A stretch of 64,000 nt of DNA from Myxococcota bacterium (GTDB taxonomy: Bacteria; Myxococcota_A; UBA9160; UBA6930), in the NCBI GenBank assembly GCA_965223415.1, contig OZ245002.1:1536001-1600000 (forward strand), read 5' to 3'. Positions 45,855-55,669 of this stretch are shown here, one piece after another. The notes under the pieces are model-generated. The model was given only the letters and a program-made list of their open reading frames with translations. It had not been told where the DNA came from and ran no database searches. The translations under genes and the position numbers were made by a program. The first letter of the stretch is position 1, and the number at the start of each line of letters is the position of its first letter.

Positions 45855-47513
45855 TCAGGCCCGGTGCCGCAGCACCTTCCCAGCCCGCTCGCCCGTGTGC
45901 TCCCCGTCGCGAACGTTGACCCGGCCGTTGACCAGGGTCGCGCGGTAGCCCTTGGAGCGCTGGATGAACCGCGGCGCACCGCCGGGGAAATCGTGGACGA
46001 TCTCCGGCTGGCGCTCCGCCACCTGTTCCGGGTCGAGGACGTTCACGTCGGCCCGCATGCCGGGGGCGAGGGTGCCGCGATCGACGAGGCCGATGATCCG
46101 GGCCGGGCCCGAGGTCATGCGACGGATCGCGTCGCCGATCGTGAAGAGCCCCTCCTCACGCACCCAGTGGGAGAGCACGAAGCTCGACCAGCCCGCGTCC
46201 ATGATCTGCGAGACGTGGGCGCCTGCGTCGCCGAGGATCGGGAACATGCGTTCGCTCGCGAGGAGCTCCCGCAGCGCACGGATGTTTTGGTTGAACATCC
46301 GAAAGGTGAAGAGCGCCCTGCCCCGGCTCTCCAGCGAGAGCCGCAGGAAGGTCTCGCTCCAATGCTCACCCGCGGCATCGGCCATGGCGGCGAGGCTCTC
46401 CTCGGGAGTCCCGGTGTAGTTCGGCGTGTCGCCGTCGCCCATCCAGAAGACCTGCTCCGGAGGAGCGGAGCGCCGCGAGGTCTTGGCGTCCTCGACGAGC
46501 CGGTGACGGAAGTCCGCGTCCTCGACAGCTGCCAGCCGGCCCGCGAGGTCCTTCTCACGCAGCTCGCGCCAGCTGCGCCCGCCCACCGGGAGCATCCCCT
46601 GCAGCCCGAAAACGAAGCCCGAGCCCCGGGGCTGGGTGACCGCGCTGACGTCGAGACCTCCCTCACAGAGCGAGTCGAGGTAGGCGGCCTGGGGCGCGCC
46701 CGAGTCCGAGTTGCCGACGCCGAAGCTGAACAGTACGCGGCTGCCGGAGGTCTTGGCGATGTTGCGAATGAGCTGGGTCGTGAACTCGAACTGCTGGAAG
46801 TCGAGCACGTTCTGCATCAGGGCGCCCCGCTGGCCCACCTCCTTCGCGATCTCCAGCAGCTCCGCGGGATCGGCAAAGGTGCCGGGGACCGATCGGCCGT
46901 CGGGCAGGACGTGCGGCGGGAAGCGGTTCGTCGAGAAGCCCACCGCGCCGTCGTCCACGGCCTTGCCGACGATCTCCGCCATCTGCTGACGCTCCTCCGG
47001 CGTCGCCTGCTCCTCGACGGCGCGCTCGCCCATCACGTAGAACCGGACGGCACAGTGCCCGATGAGCCCGGCGACGTTGAGCCCGGGCCGCAGCCCCTCG
47101 ACGGCGTCGAGGTAGCCGCCGTAGTCCTCCCAGCTCCAGGGCAGGCCGCTCAGGATCGCATCCTTCGGGATGTCTTCCACCGTCTCCATCATCCCGGCCA
47201 GCAGCTCGCGATCGCTGGGCTTGCGGGGGGCGAAGGTGACGCCGCAGTTGCCGAGCATCACCGTGGTGACGCCGTGCCAGCTCACCGGAGTGCAATCCGG
47301 ATCCCAGCCGATCTGCGCGTCGAGATGGGTGTGGATGTCGACGAAGCCAGGGGTAACGAGGTGGCCCGCCGCGTCGATCTCCTCGCGGCCGGCGTCGGGG
47401 ACGCTGCCGAGGGCGGTGATCACCCCCCCGTCGATGGCCAGGTCTCCGCGCTCCGGCTCGGCGCCGGTGCCGTCGACGATCTCTCCGCCTCGAATCACGA
47501 TGTCGTGTGCCAT
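45855..47513 (-). CDS. N-acyl-D-amino-acid deacylase-like amidohydrolase
   Basis: DIVIRGGEIVDGTG, PGFVDIHTH, GVTTVMLGNCG, DAGAH, DFPGGAPR. Confidence 0.9.
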   Translation of the reverse strand: MAHDIVIRGGEIVDGTGAEPERGDLAIDGGVITALGSVPDAGREEIDAAGHLVTPGFVDIHTHLDAQIGWDPDCTPVSWHGVTTVMLGNCGVTFAPRKPSDRELLAGMMETVEDIPKDAILSGLPWSWEDYGGYLDAVEGLRPGLNVAGLIGHCAVRFYVMGERAVEEQATPEERQQMAEIVGKAVDDGAVGFSTNRFPPHVLPDGRSVPGTFADPAELLEIAKEVGQRGALMQNVLDFQQFEFTTQLIRNIAKTSGSRVLFSFGVGNSDSGAPQAAYLDSLCEGGLDVSAVTQPRGSGFVFGLQGMLPVGGRSWRELREKDLAGRLAAVEDADFRHRLVEDAKTSRRSAPPEQVFWMGDGDTPNYTGTPEESLAAMADAAGEHWSETFLRLSLESRGRALFTFRMFNQNIRALRELLASERMFPILGDAGAHVSQIMDAGWSSFVLSHWVREEGLFTIGDAIRRMTSGPARIIGLVDRGTLAPGMRADVNVLDPEQVAERQPEIVHDFPGGAPRFIQRSKGYRATLVNGRVNVRDGEHTGERAGKVLRHRA

Positions 47514-47666
47514 GGTGAGCCCCCTGTCCCGCCGGGTTCGTGGGATGCGACGCGCCGCGCGCATCGGCGATCCTAGCCCGGCTTCGAGGGGCACGTGCAA
47601 GGCCGCCCGCCGACGGCTCCGCGCGCGGCTACCATCGGAGCCCATCCACCCGGAGGAACGCTCCCC

Positions 47667-48314
47667 TTGCCCTTCGACCTCGATCAGACCGACAAGCTCC
47701 TGACGACGACCCGTGCCGTTCGCAAGCGCCTCGACCTCACGCGGGACGTCCCCCGCGACGTCCTCCTCGACTGCATCCGCATCTCCCAGCAGGCCCCGAC
47801 CGGGTCGAACATGCAGGGCTGGCGTTGGCTTGTGGTGACGGACCCGGACAAGAAGAAGGGCCTGGCGGAGCTCTACGGGCGGGCCGGCCGGGACTATCTC
47901 CTCCAGGGCAAGCAGCAGGCGGAAGCCTCCGGGCACGCCCAGACGGGCCGGGTTCTCGACTCCGCCTACTACCTGGTCGAGCGCCTGCACGAGGTTCCGG
48001 TGCACGTCATCCCGTGCCTCAAGGGCTCGCTGCCGGCCGGCACACCGCCGGCGATGGCCGCGGGCTTCTTCGGCTCCATCTATCCCGCCGTCTGGAGCTT
48101 CCAGCTCGCACTGCGCTCGCGCGGCCTGGGGACGGTGCTCACGACCCTCCACTTGGCCTTCGCCGACGAAGCCGCCGAGCTGCTCGGCATTCCGGAGGGC
48201 GTCACCCAGTGCGGACTCCTGCCCGTCGCCTACACCGTCGGCGACGATTTCAAGCCCGCCGATCGCCGACCGCCCGAGCACATCACGTACTGGGATTCGT
48301 GGAAGGAGTCCTGA
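47667..48314 (+). CDS. Nitroreductase family protein
   Basis: GGAGG then TTG start; TTRAVRKRL, QAPTGSNMQGW, GSIYPAVWSFQLALRSRGLG. Confidence 0.9.
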   Translation: MPFDLDQTDKLLTTTRAVRKRLDLTRDVPRDVLLDCIRISQQAPTGSNMQGWRWLVVTDPDKKKGLAELYGRAGRDYLLQGKQQAEASGHAQTGRVLDSAYYLVERLHEVPVHVIPCLKGSLPAGTPPAMAAGFFGSIYPAVWSFQLALRSRGLGTVLTTLHLAFADEAAELLGIPEGVTQCGLLPVAYTVGDDFKPADRRPPEHITYWDSWKES

Positions 48315-48336
48315 GGGCGGCGGTCCGAGGGCGGCC

Positions 48337-49638
48337 GTGACCGGATCCCCGCCCCCGCTCGCCCGATTCCGCGCGGCCTATTGGTTCGGGGGGTTCAACG
48401 GGCTGACGTGGATGATCGGCCTCGGCACGCCGATGGTGCTCCTGCTGGAGCGGCTCGGCGCGTCCGCATTCCAGGTGGGGCTGGCCGGGTCCTTCGTCCT
48501 GCTCCTCTATCCGATCCAGGTGGTCGCCACCGCCCTGCTGCCCAGGTTCGGCTTCCGCCGGCAGATGGTGCTGGCATGGACGAGCCGTGCGCTCTTCCTG
48601 CTGGTACCGCTGGGCTTCGCGTGGGCCGCTCCCGCGTCGCCCGCGCCTTGGATGGCGAACGCGGTCGTCATCAGCGTCTTCGCGTTCTGCTTCTGCCGGG
48701 CCTTCGGCGTGGCGGCCCACATCCCCTGGATGGCCGCGATCCTGCCCGGGGCGCTCCGCGGGCGCTTCTTCGCGACGGACAACGCGATCACGAGCGTGGT
48801 CGGCGTGGTGACCCTGCTCTTCTGCGCGCTGCTGTTCGCGGAGCTCCCGGGCTACCAGGCGTTCGCCGCCGTCTACTGCCTCGCGGTCGTCGGCTCGACG
48901 ATGGCGGTGGTCAATCTCCTGCGGCTTCCCGCCGGGCCCGTGCCTCCCGCGTCCCCGATACGCCACATGCTGCGCGACACGGCCACGTTGACCTTGCGGC
49001 CGGGACTGTTTCGCCGCTACCTGGTCGTGGGTCTGCTCTGGCTGGTCGTCAGCCTGCCGATCCCCGTCTTCGCGGCCTACTACCTCAAGACCGAGACCGA
49101 CGTCGGCTCCAGCGAGATCCTCGCCTTCGAGGCGACGCGGTTCATCGGCCAGATCGCGAGCGCCTGGGGGATCCGCCACCGCCTGGATCGCATCTCGATC
49201 CGCCGATTCTTCCAGCTCGCGAGCCTGCTGGCGATCGTCGTGTGCGGGATCTGGCTCGTGGCGATCACGAGGGCATCGCCGCCGGTGTGGCTCTTCTGGC
49301 TCGCCTATCTCCTGTTCGGCGTGGCGATCGGCTCGTCCCAGGCCGCCCATTTCACCTACTTGCCGGAGCTCGCGCCGCCGGAACGCCAGCCGGTCACGAT
49401 CGCCATCTACGGCGCCGTGACCGGGATCCTTGGCGGCCTGTCGCCGATCGTCTGGGGTCGGGTCCTTCGCACCGGCGGCGCCACACCGGGGTTGGACCTC
49501 GAGCGCTTCGCCGGGTTCTTCCTGGTCGGGATCGGGCTGAGCCTGCTGGCGATCGTCTGGCTGCAGACCCTCCCGGACGGGCGGTCGGGTGTCAGCAGGC
49601 CGGCTCCGCGCGTTGGCAACGCCGGAGCCGCTTCCTAG
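48337..49638 (+). CDS. MFS transporter
   Basis: About 12 TMs; LGASAFQVG, WMAAILPGALRGRFF. Confidence 0.85.
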   Translation: MTGSPPPLARFRAAYWFGGFNGLTWMIGLGTPMVLLLERLGASAFQVGLAGSFVLLLYPIQVVATALLPRFGFRRQMVLAWTSRALFLLVPLGFAWAAPASPAPWMANAVVISVFAFCFCRAFGVAAHIPWMAAILPGALRGRFFATDNAITSVVGVVTLLFCALLFAELPGYQAFAAVYCLAVVGSTMAVVNLLRLPAGPVPPASPIRHMLRDTATLTLRPGLFRRYLVVGLLWLVVSLPIPVFAAYYLKTETDVGSSEILAFEATRFIGQIASAWGIRHRLDRISIRRFFQLASLLAIVVCGIWLVAITRASPPVWLFWLAYLLFGVAIGSSQAAHFTYLPELAPPERQPVTIAIYGAVTGILGGLSPIVWGRVLRTGGATPGLDLERFAGFFLVGIGLSLLAIVWLQTLPDGRSGVSRPAPRVGNAGAAS

Positions 49639-49650
49639 CCTCGACCGCTC

Positions 49651-50547
49651 ATGCTGGCTCCCCCCGCCGTCGAGACCGCGATCCGCATCGAGGGACTGGT
49701 CTACGTCTACCCCGACGGCACGCGCGCCAACGAGGGGGTCGATCTCTCGCTTCGACGGGGTGAGCTCTTCTGCCTGCTCGGGCCCAACGGAGCGGGCAAG
49801 ACCACGCTGATTCGCCAGGTGACGACCGAGCTGACGCCGAGCGCGGGACGCATCGAGATCCTGGGGAGCGACGCCCACGAGAACCCGTCGGCGACCCGCC
49901 GCCGCCTCGGCGTCATTCCCCAGAACCCGGGCCTCTACGAGGCCCTCACCGTGCGCGAGCACGTCGAGCTCTTCGGCCCGCTCAAGCACCTGAGCCGGCG
50001 CGAGAGCCGCCACCAGGCCGCAGCGCTGGTCGAGGAGCTGGGCATCGCCGAGCTCGCGCGAAAGCGGGTCCGCGAGCTCTCGGGAGGCCAGCAGCGGAGG
50101 CTCCTGGTCGCGCTGGCACTGCTCGGCGATCCGGAGATCCTCATCCTGGACGAGCCGACCGTCGGGCTCGACCCGGTCGCCCGGCGACACCTGTGGGATC
50201 TGGTCCAGCGCCAACGCGAGGCGGGCAAGACCATCCTGCTCACGACCCACTACATGGACGAGGCCGAGCAGCTCGCCGATCGCATCGGCTTCATCGACGA
50301 GGGAAGGCTCGGACGTGTGGGCTCGTTGCGGGATCTCTACCAACAGCTCGGCAAGAGCGTCCGGGTCACCGAGGTCGACGAAGCGAGCGGGGAAGAGCTC
50401 GCCCCGAGCTACTTCGACACCCTGGAGCAGGCCCAGGCCTTCGTTCGCGAGCGCGGCCTCACCACCTACAACGTCGGCCGCGTCTCACTCGAGGACATCT
50501 ACCTGCGCGTCATGGGCAAGGCCCTGGCAGACGAAGAAGACGAATGA
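49651..50547 (+). CDS. ABC-2 exporter ATP-binding protein
   Basis: GPNGAGKTT, LSGGQ, LDEPTVGLDP, TTHYMDEA. Confidence 0.95.
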   Translation: MLAPPAVETAIRIEGLVYVYPDGTRANEGVDLSLRRGELFCLLGPNGAGKTTLIRQVTTELTPSAGRIEILGSDAHENPSATRRRLGVIPQNPGLYEALTVREHVELFGPLKHLSRRESRHQAAALVEELGIAELARKRVRELSGGQQRRLLVALALLGDPEILILDEPTVGLDPVARRHLWDLVQRQREAGKTILLTTHYMDEAEQLADRIGFIDEGRLGRVGSLRDLYQQLGKSVRVTEVDEASGEELAPSYFDTLEQAQAFVRERGLTTYNVGRVSLEDIYLRVMGKALADEEDE

Positions 50548-51278
50548 ATGCGCTCCGCCAGACGATCGCGGTGGCGCGACTGATCCTGAGCCACGAGCGC
50601 GGCAACTTCCAGTTCCAGCTCTTCAACGCGTTCGTGTACCCCGCGACGATCGCCTACATGGGGTGGATGATGGTGGGCGAGAGCCCGGAGCTGCTTCGGA
50701 CCTGGATGGCGGGCTCGGTCTGCATGGGGCTCGGGATGAGCGGCTTCGCCCAGGCCGGGTTCGGCGTCGTGACCGACCGCTTCACCGGACGCATGGGCCT
50801 GCTGCGCTGCATGCCGATCTCCCGCGGCGCCTACCTGGCGGCCCAGGTCGGCGCGGTCGTGGCCGTCTCGCTGGCGTTGGTCTGCTCGGCGCTGCTGCTC
50901 TTCGCGGCCCTGGGCGTGGCCAAGCTGAGCGCCGCCTCCTTCACGGGCGGCGTGTTGGGAGCCGTCGGCGCCGGGGCGTCGGTCGGCGCCCTGGGCGCGC
51001 TGCTGGGCTTCTGGGCGCGCGACTTCGACTCGGGCAACACGACCGTGGCGATGGCCGCCCTCGGCATGGCGCTCGTCAGCCCGGTCTTCTACGACGTCGG
51101 GGAGCTCCCGCTCCTGCTCCAACCCGTCGCCTGGCTCTCGCCCTTCACCGGCATCGCCGCCGTGCTGCGCAGTGCGGTCGACGGCAGCGCCCTTCCCCTC
51201 GGCGCGCTGGCCTGGACGCTCGCCTCCGCCTTCCTGTGGGCCGGGCTCAGCTACCGGCGGATCGAGTGGCCCTCGTGA
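50544..51278 (+). CDS. ABC-2 type permease
   Basis: 6 TMs; DRFTGRMGLLRCMPISR, SPVFY...LP...WLSP; ATGA coupling. Confidence 0.88.
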   Translation: MNALRQTIAVARLILSHERGNFQFQLFNAFVYPATIAYMGWMMVGESPELLRTWMAGSVCMGLGMSGFAQAGFGVVTDRFTGRMGLLRCMPISRGAYLAAQVGAVVAVSLALVCSALLLFAALGVAKLSAASFTGGVLGAVGAGASVGALGALLGFWARDFDSGNTTVAMAALGMALVSPVFYDVGELPLLLQPVAWLSPFTGIAAVLRSAVDGSALPLGALAWTLASAFLWAGLSYRRIEWPS

Positions 51279-52000
51279 GCCGGGGCTCCCTGCGACCGAC
51301 CCTCGGGCTCGTGGCCGTCAACATGCGGCTCAACCGGCGCTTCTGGATCATGAACCTGTTCAACGGTGTGCTCCTGCCCGCCATCGTCCTGCTGGCGTTC
51401 GGGGGCTACATGGAGCCCGCCGAGCGCACCCGCCTGCTCATCGGCAACGTGCTGCTGGGCGTCCTCCTGCTGACGATGCGCAAGACGACCCTGAACCTCA
51501 CCTTCGACCGCGTGTTCGGCACGCGCCGGCTGCTGGCGGTAACGGGCGTGACGCGTGGCAGCTACATCGCCGCCAACGCGATCGACGCCCTTTCGATGAC
51601 CCTTGTGCCGCTGGTCGTCGTGGCCATCGCCGTGCAGTGGGCCGACGTCCCGCCCCCCGCGAGTTGGCTCTGGCTCGTGCCCTACCTCGCCGGAAGCGTG
51701 GCCTTCCTGACCCTCGCGGGCTGGCTGGCCGCCGGCGAGGGCGGCATGCCGTCCATGGCGCTCCAGGTGAACCTGGTGGTGATGTTCGCGATCTCCTTCT
51801 GTCCGCTCCTCTATCCGAGCGAGCGGGTGCCCGCGCTGATCGCACCGGTCGTTCGTTGGCTTCCGCCGAGCCTGGCCGCCGAGGGCATGGCCGCCGGCTG
51901 GGGCGGCGGGCTCGAGGTAGGCGGCCTCTTCGGTTTGGCGGTGTGGGCGGTGCTGCTGGGCGCGCTCGCCCAGCGGCGGTTCCGGTGGGAGATGGTCTAG
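51275..52000 (+). CDS. ABC-2 type permease
   Basis: 6 TMs; DRVFGTRRLL, PLLYPSERVP, WLPPS; GTGA coupling. Confidence 0.86.
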   Translation: MSRGSLRPTLGLVAVNMRLNRRFWIMNLFNGVLLPAIVLLAFGGYMEPAERTRLLIGNVLLGVLLLTMRKTTLNLTFDRVFGTRRLLAVTGVTRGSYIAANAIDALSMTLVPLVVVAIAVQWADVPPPASWLWLVPYLAGSVAFLTLAGWLAAGEGGMPSMALQVNLVVMFAISFCPLLYPSERVPALIAPVVRWLPPSLAAEGMAAGWGGGLEVGGLFGLAVWAVLLGALAQRRFRWEMV

Positions 52001-53199
52001 GGCGCCGCAGAGAGGAAGCGCGCGATCGCGTCGAAGGCGGCGAACGCCATCGCGCCGTGTTCGTCGGTCCAGGCCTCCGGCCAGCTGCTCGCCTTCGCGA
52101 TCACGAGGTCGTGTTCTGGATCCACGTAGATGAACTGTCCGTGCACGCCCTCGGCGGAGAAGGCGCCGGTGCCGATGGACCACCACTGGAACTGGTAGCC
52201 ATGCTCGGCGTAGGGCGTCTCCGCGCCCCAGCGGAGATGGGCCTCGCCCGGCACCGTCGCCCGGCGCACCCATCCCTCGGGGAGCAGCCGCTCTCCCTGC
52301 CAGACGCCGTCCTGGAGGAAGAGCAGACCCAGGCGCGCCTGGTCGCGCAGGGCCATGTTGAGGCAGCAGCCGCCCATCTCCATGCCGTCGCCGCCTTCGC
52401 GATCGAGCAGCCAGGCCGCGTCGTGCTCCATGCCGAGACGACTCCAGAGCTTCTCCTGCAGGTAGGAGGACGGGCTCCGGCCCGTCGCGCGCTGGACGAG
52501 CCAGGCGAGCACCTGGGTCTCGGCGGTGTTGTAGTTGAAGACGGTGCCGGGCTCGTGGGCGCGGGGGAAGTCGATGGCGCGCTCGTTCGCGGGCGTACGG
52601 TTCAGGAACATGGAGTCGCTCATGAAGTCGGCCACGTCGCTGCGCCCACCTGGGGTGTACACCTCGCTGAAGCGCACGCCCGAGGACATCTGCAACGCCT
52701 GGCCCACCGTCACGCCTTCGTAGCCGGTGCCCGCCACCTCCGGGAGGTAGCGATCGAGCGGGTCGTTCAGGCTCGCGATGTGGCCCTCGCCCAGGGCGAG
52801 GCCGACCAACGTCGAGGTGAACGACTTGGCCACGGACCAGGAGGTGAAGCGGGTGGTTTCGTCCGCGCCCAGGTCGTAGCGCTCGTAGACGATCTTTCCG
52901 CCGTGCACGACGACCAGGCCGGCGGTCTGGTTCTCGGTCCAGAACGTCTCGAAGTCGATGCGGCGACCGTCCAGCTCGAAGCGCAGCTCTTCCAGCGGAG
53001 CAGGCGCTCGCCCGAAGCCCGACACGGCGCCGCCGCGGCTGATCGTCCGGCTCGGGAAGAGCTCGGACATGTGCTGGAACATCCACGTCTGGTTCTCCTC
53101 CCACTGGCGCTGGCGCTCCAGGGCGAGGGGGACGCGGGCCAGGAAGCAGCCGGAGAGGAGGGCAGCGACCGGAAGCAGGGCGACGAGCGCTCGGAGCAT
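51997..53199 (-). CDS. Serine hydrolase, NylB/class C beta-lactamase fold, lipoprotein
   Basis: Lipobox LSGC; SWSVAKS, MSSG, FNYNT, YQFQWW, GVHGQFIYV. Confidence 0.9.
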   Translation of the reverse strand: MLRALVALLPVAALLSGCFLARVPLALERQRQWEENQTWMFQHMSELFPSRTISRGGAVSGFGRAPAPLEELRFELDGRRIDFETFWTENQTAGLVVVHGGKIVYERYDLGADETTRFTSWSVAKSFTSTLVGLALGEGHIASLNDPLDRYLPEVAGTGYEGVTVGQALQMSSGVRFSEVYTPGGRSDVADFMSDSMFLNRTPANERAIDFPRAHEPGTVFNYNTAETQVLAWLVQRATGRSPSSYLQEKLWSRLGMEHDAAWLLDREGGDGMEMGGCCLNMALRDQARLGLLFLQDGVWQGERLLPEGWVRRATVPGEAHLRWGAETPYAEHGYQFQWWSIGTGAFSAEGVHGQFIYVDPEHDLVIAKASSWPEAWTDEHGAMAFAAFDAIARFLSAAP

Positions 53200-53286
53200 C
53201 GGAAAAGCCTAACCCGCATCGGCGGGAACGCTCGGCCGGAGGTAGCATGCGAGGCTCACCTTCCTGCCCAACACGGAAGCGAGGCC

Positions 53287-54537
53287 ATGCCCCGAGCATC
53301 CCTGTGGACGGCCGCACTCCTCGTCCTGGCCGCGTGCCACACGACAGGTCCGGAGGCGCCAGGCGAGATCGCCCGCGCGATCCACGAGCGCGTGCTGGTC
53401 CTCGACGCCCACGCGGACGTCGAGATCCCCGGGCAGCCCTCTCCGTATGTCGGCGCGGACGGTCTCTCCCAGGTCGCGCCGGCCAAGCTGCACGCGGGCG
53501 GGGTGGACGCCGTCGTCATGGCGGCCGCCGTCGGGCCCGGTCCGCGAACCGCGGAAGGCTACGCCGAAGCGCGAGCGACGGCGGATCGGGAAATCGCGGC
53601 CGTGCACGCCCTGGCCGAAGACCCGGAGAACCGGGCCGTCGTCGCCCGATCCGCCGATGAGCTGATCGTTGCGCACGCGCACCGCAAGGTGGCCCTGCTT
53701 CTAGGCTTCCAGAACGCCCGCATCCTGGGAGCCAACGTCTCCGCGCTGGACGAGCTCTACGCGGCCGGCGTCCGGGTCTTCGCCCTCACGCACATGGGCC
53801 ACAACGACTTCGCCGATTCCTCGCGCCCGCTCTTCGACGGAGCCACGGGCACCCACGAGCCGGAAGCGGAGCACGGCGGCCTCTCGGCCCTGGGCCGCGC
53901 CGCCATCGCGCGCATCAACGCGCTCGGCGGCCTCGTCGACGTGTCCCAGCTGTCGAAGCAGGCGACGTTGCAGGTCCTCGAGCTCTCGACCGCGCCGGTG
54001 ATCGCCAGCCACTCCAACGTGCGCGGCCTCACCGACGTCAGCCGCAACCTGAGCGACGAGGAGATCGATCGCATCGGGGAGACGGGAGGCGTGATCCACG
54101 TGGCCCCCTTTCGCGGCTATCTGTTCGATTCCTCGGACGAAGCCCTCGATGCAAGGATCCGCGCCGCGCGCAGGGCCGCCGGGGTCGAGGAGGACTACTA
54201 CTACCCCTTCGAGCTCTACTGGGAGATCGCCGACCCCGCGGCCCGCATGGCCTTCGTCGGCGCGATCAGCGAGCTGCTGGGCCCGGGCAGCGTCGACGCC
54301 ATGCTGAACCACCTGGATTACGTCGTCCGGCGCATCGGCGTCGACCACGTAGGTATCGGCACGGACTTCAACCACGGCAGCGGAGTGGCCGGGTTCGAGG
54401 ACGCTTCGAAGGCCCTGAACGTGACCGTCGGCTTGCTCGAGCGGGGCTACACCGAGGAAGAGATCGCGAAGATCTGGGGCGGGAACTTCCTCCGTGTCCT
54501 GCGCGCTGCGGAGCACCGACGGAGCGCCGGCGACTAG
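53287..54537 (+). CDS. Membrane dipeptidase (M19)/PvdM-like lipoprotein
   Basis: Lipobox LAAC; LDAHAD, DVSQLS, ASHSN, RNLSDE, GIGTDFNHG, KIWGGNFLRV. Confidence 0.9.
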   Translation: MPRASLWTAALLVLAACHTTGPEAPGEIARAIHERVLVLDAHADVEIPGQPSPYVGADGLSQVAPAKLHAGGVDAVVMAAAVGPGPRTAEGYAEARATADREIAAVHALAEDPENRAVVARSADELIVAHAHRKVALLLGFQNARILGANVSALDELYAAGVRVFALTHMGHNDFADSSRPLFDGATGTHEPEAEHGGLSALGRAAIARINALGGLVDVSQLSKQATLQVLELSTAPVIASHSNVRGLTDVSRNLSDEEIDRIGETGGVIHVAPFRGYLFDSSDEALDARIRAARRAAGVEEDYYYPFELYWEIADPAARMAFVGAISELLGPGSVDAMLNHLDYVVRRIGVDHVGIGTDFNHGSGVAGFEDASKALNVTVGLLERGYTEEEIAKIWGGNFLRVLRAAEHRRSAGD

Positions 54538-55040
54538 GGAAGCGGGGGCCGGTCGATCCCCAGGATCTCCCGTGTTCGCGCCACGATCTTGCCGCGGGCG
54601 AGGGCCAGGTGGACGGGAATCGAGACGAGCAGCACCCAGCTGACGACGACGTGCACACCGAGCGCCGCATCCTGGGCGGCCGCGGGAGCGCCGGGCTCCA
54701 GCCAGAGCAGCAGGCCGCTCGATGCCGCGAGCCCGGCTGCGAACAGGGTCGTCACCAGGTGGATCTTCTTCCATGTCAGGAGGGGGTCCGGCGGCCCGAG
54801 CCGGCGACGGAGATCGTCCAGCAACGCTGCGGGTGCGAGAGCTGGAATCAGCAGCAGCGAGGCCAGGTAGGCCCACCCGAAGCCGAGGTGCAGCTCCAGG
54901 ATCTGATGGCCGTAGCCGCCCACCAGCCAGCCGCGAGCCTCCGGGTACGAGATGAGCAGGCCCGTACCGAGGAGCGCGACGGTGGTGAGCGCATTGGCGG
55001 CGTGGAGGGCGCGACGGGCCGCGCGGAGGATGCCGCTCAA
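54534..55040 (-). CDS. Four-TM cytochrome b (FdnI/HyaC-like membrane anchor)
   Basis: LHAANA..LLGTG, ELHLGFG, GVHVVVS...PVHLAL: His residues placed in TM helices; start overlaps the chaperone stop. Confidence 0.75.
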   Translation of the reverse strand: MSGILRAARRALHAANALTTVALLGTGLLISYPEARGWLVGGYGHQILELHLGFGWAYLASLLLIPALAPAALLDDLRRRLGPPDPLLTWKKIHLVTTLFAAGLAASSGLLLWLEPGAPAAAQDAALGVHVVVSWVLLVSIPVHLALARGKIVARTREILGIDRPPLP

Positions 55041-55669
55041 TCCCCGCGCGTCTCGACGAGCAGCGCGTTCAGGCTCCGGAAGAGCTCCGAGAAGAAGCGG
55101 GGAGGGCCGTTCGCCTCCATCACGCCGCGAACCTGTGGCACGAAGCGTCCCGGATGACGCGCGACGAAGTCGCGCCGTGCCCGCTGGTAGGCCCCGGCGT
55201 CGAGCCCGGCCTGGAGCGCCTCCGCCTCGCGGAACGTCAGGTAGTGCAGGAACTCGAGCTCGGCCACCAGGTGATCCGGCAGCTCATGACGCTCCGGGTC
55301 CAGGGAGAGACCGAAGTGGTGGTAGAAGCGCAGCACCTCTTCCATCGTCTTCATCCGGTCCTTCGCCCAGAGCCCTTCGTGTAGGGGGCAGGGCGGACCG
55401 GACGTCCCGACGTCGAAGAGGCGGGTGTACTCGACAGCGAGGTCGTCCCGTTCGAGACCGTCGCGCAGGGCGTCGACGTCCAGCGCGGGCACCACCAGCT
55501 CGCCGAGCGTCGCCGCCAGCGCCTCGGCCAGGCGGCCCTCCCGGATGTCCTCCAGCAACAGGCCTTCGGGGTAGCCGAGTGCCCCCGCGAGCAGGGCGAA
55601 GGCCCGGCTGCGCCGGGCGGCCCGCCGTTCGCCCTCGCCAGCCAGGCCTTCGAGGTGGCCGTCCATCAT
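55037..55669 (-). CDS. Molybdoenzyme maturation chaperone (TorD/DmsD/EbdD-like)
   Basis: EYTRLFDVG, PCPLHE, RFYHHFGL, ELPDHLVAELEFLHYL. Confidence 0.92.
   Translation of the reverse strand: MMDGHLEGLAGEGERRAARRSRAFALLAGALGYPEGLLLEDIREGRLAEALAATLGELVVPALDVDALRDGLERDDLAVEYTRLFDVGTSGPPCPLHEGLWAKDRMKTMEEVLRFYHHFGLSLDPERHELPDHLVAELEFLHYLTFREAEALQAGLDAGAYQRARRDFVARHPGRFVPQVRGVMEANGPPRFFSELFRSLNALLVETRGD

Noticed and set aside
40342..53199. Beta-lactam or aminoglycoside resistance genes (two SxxK hydrolases, APH-fold kinase)
   Set aside because: The motifs fit esterase/amidase and metabolic kinase subfamilies in a catabolic context.
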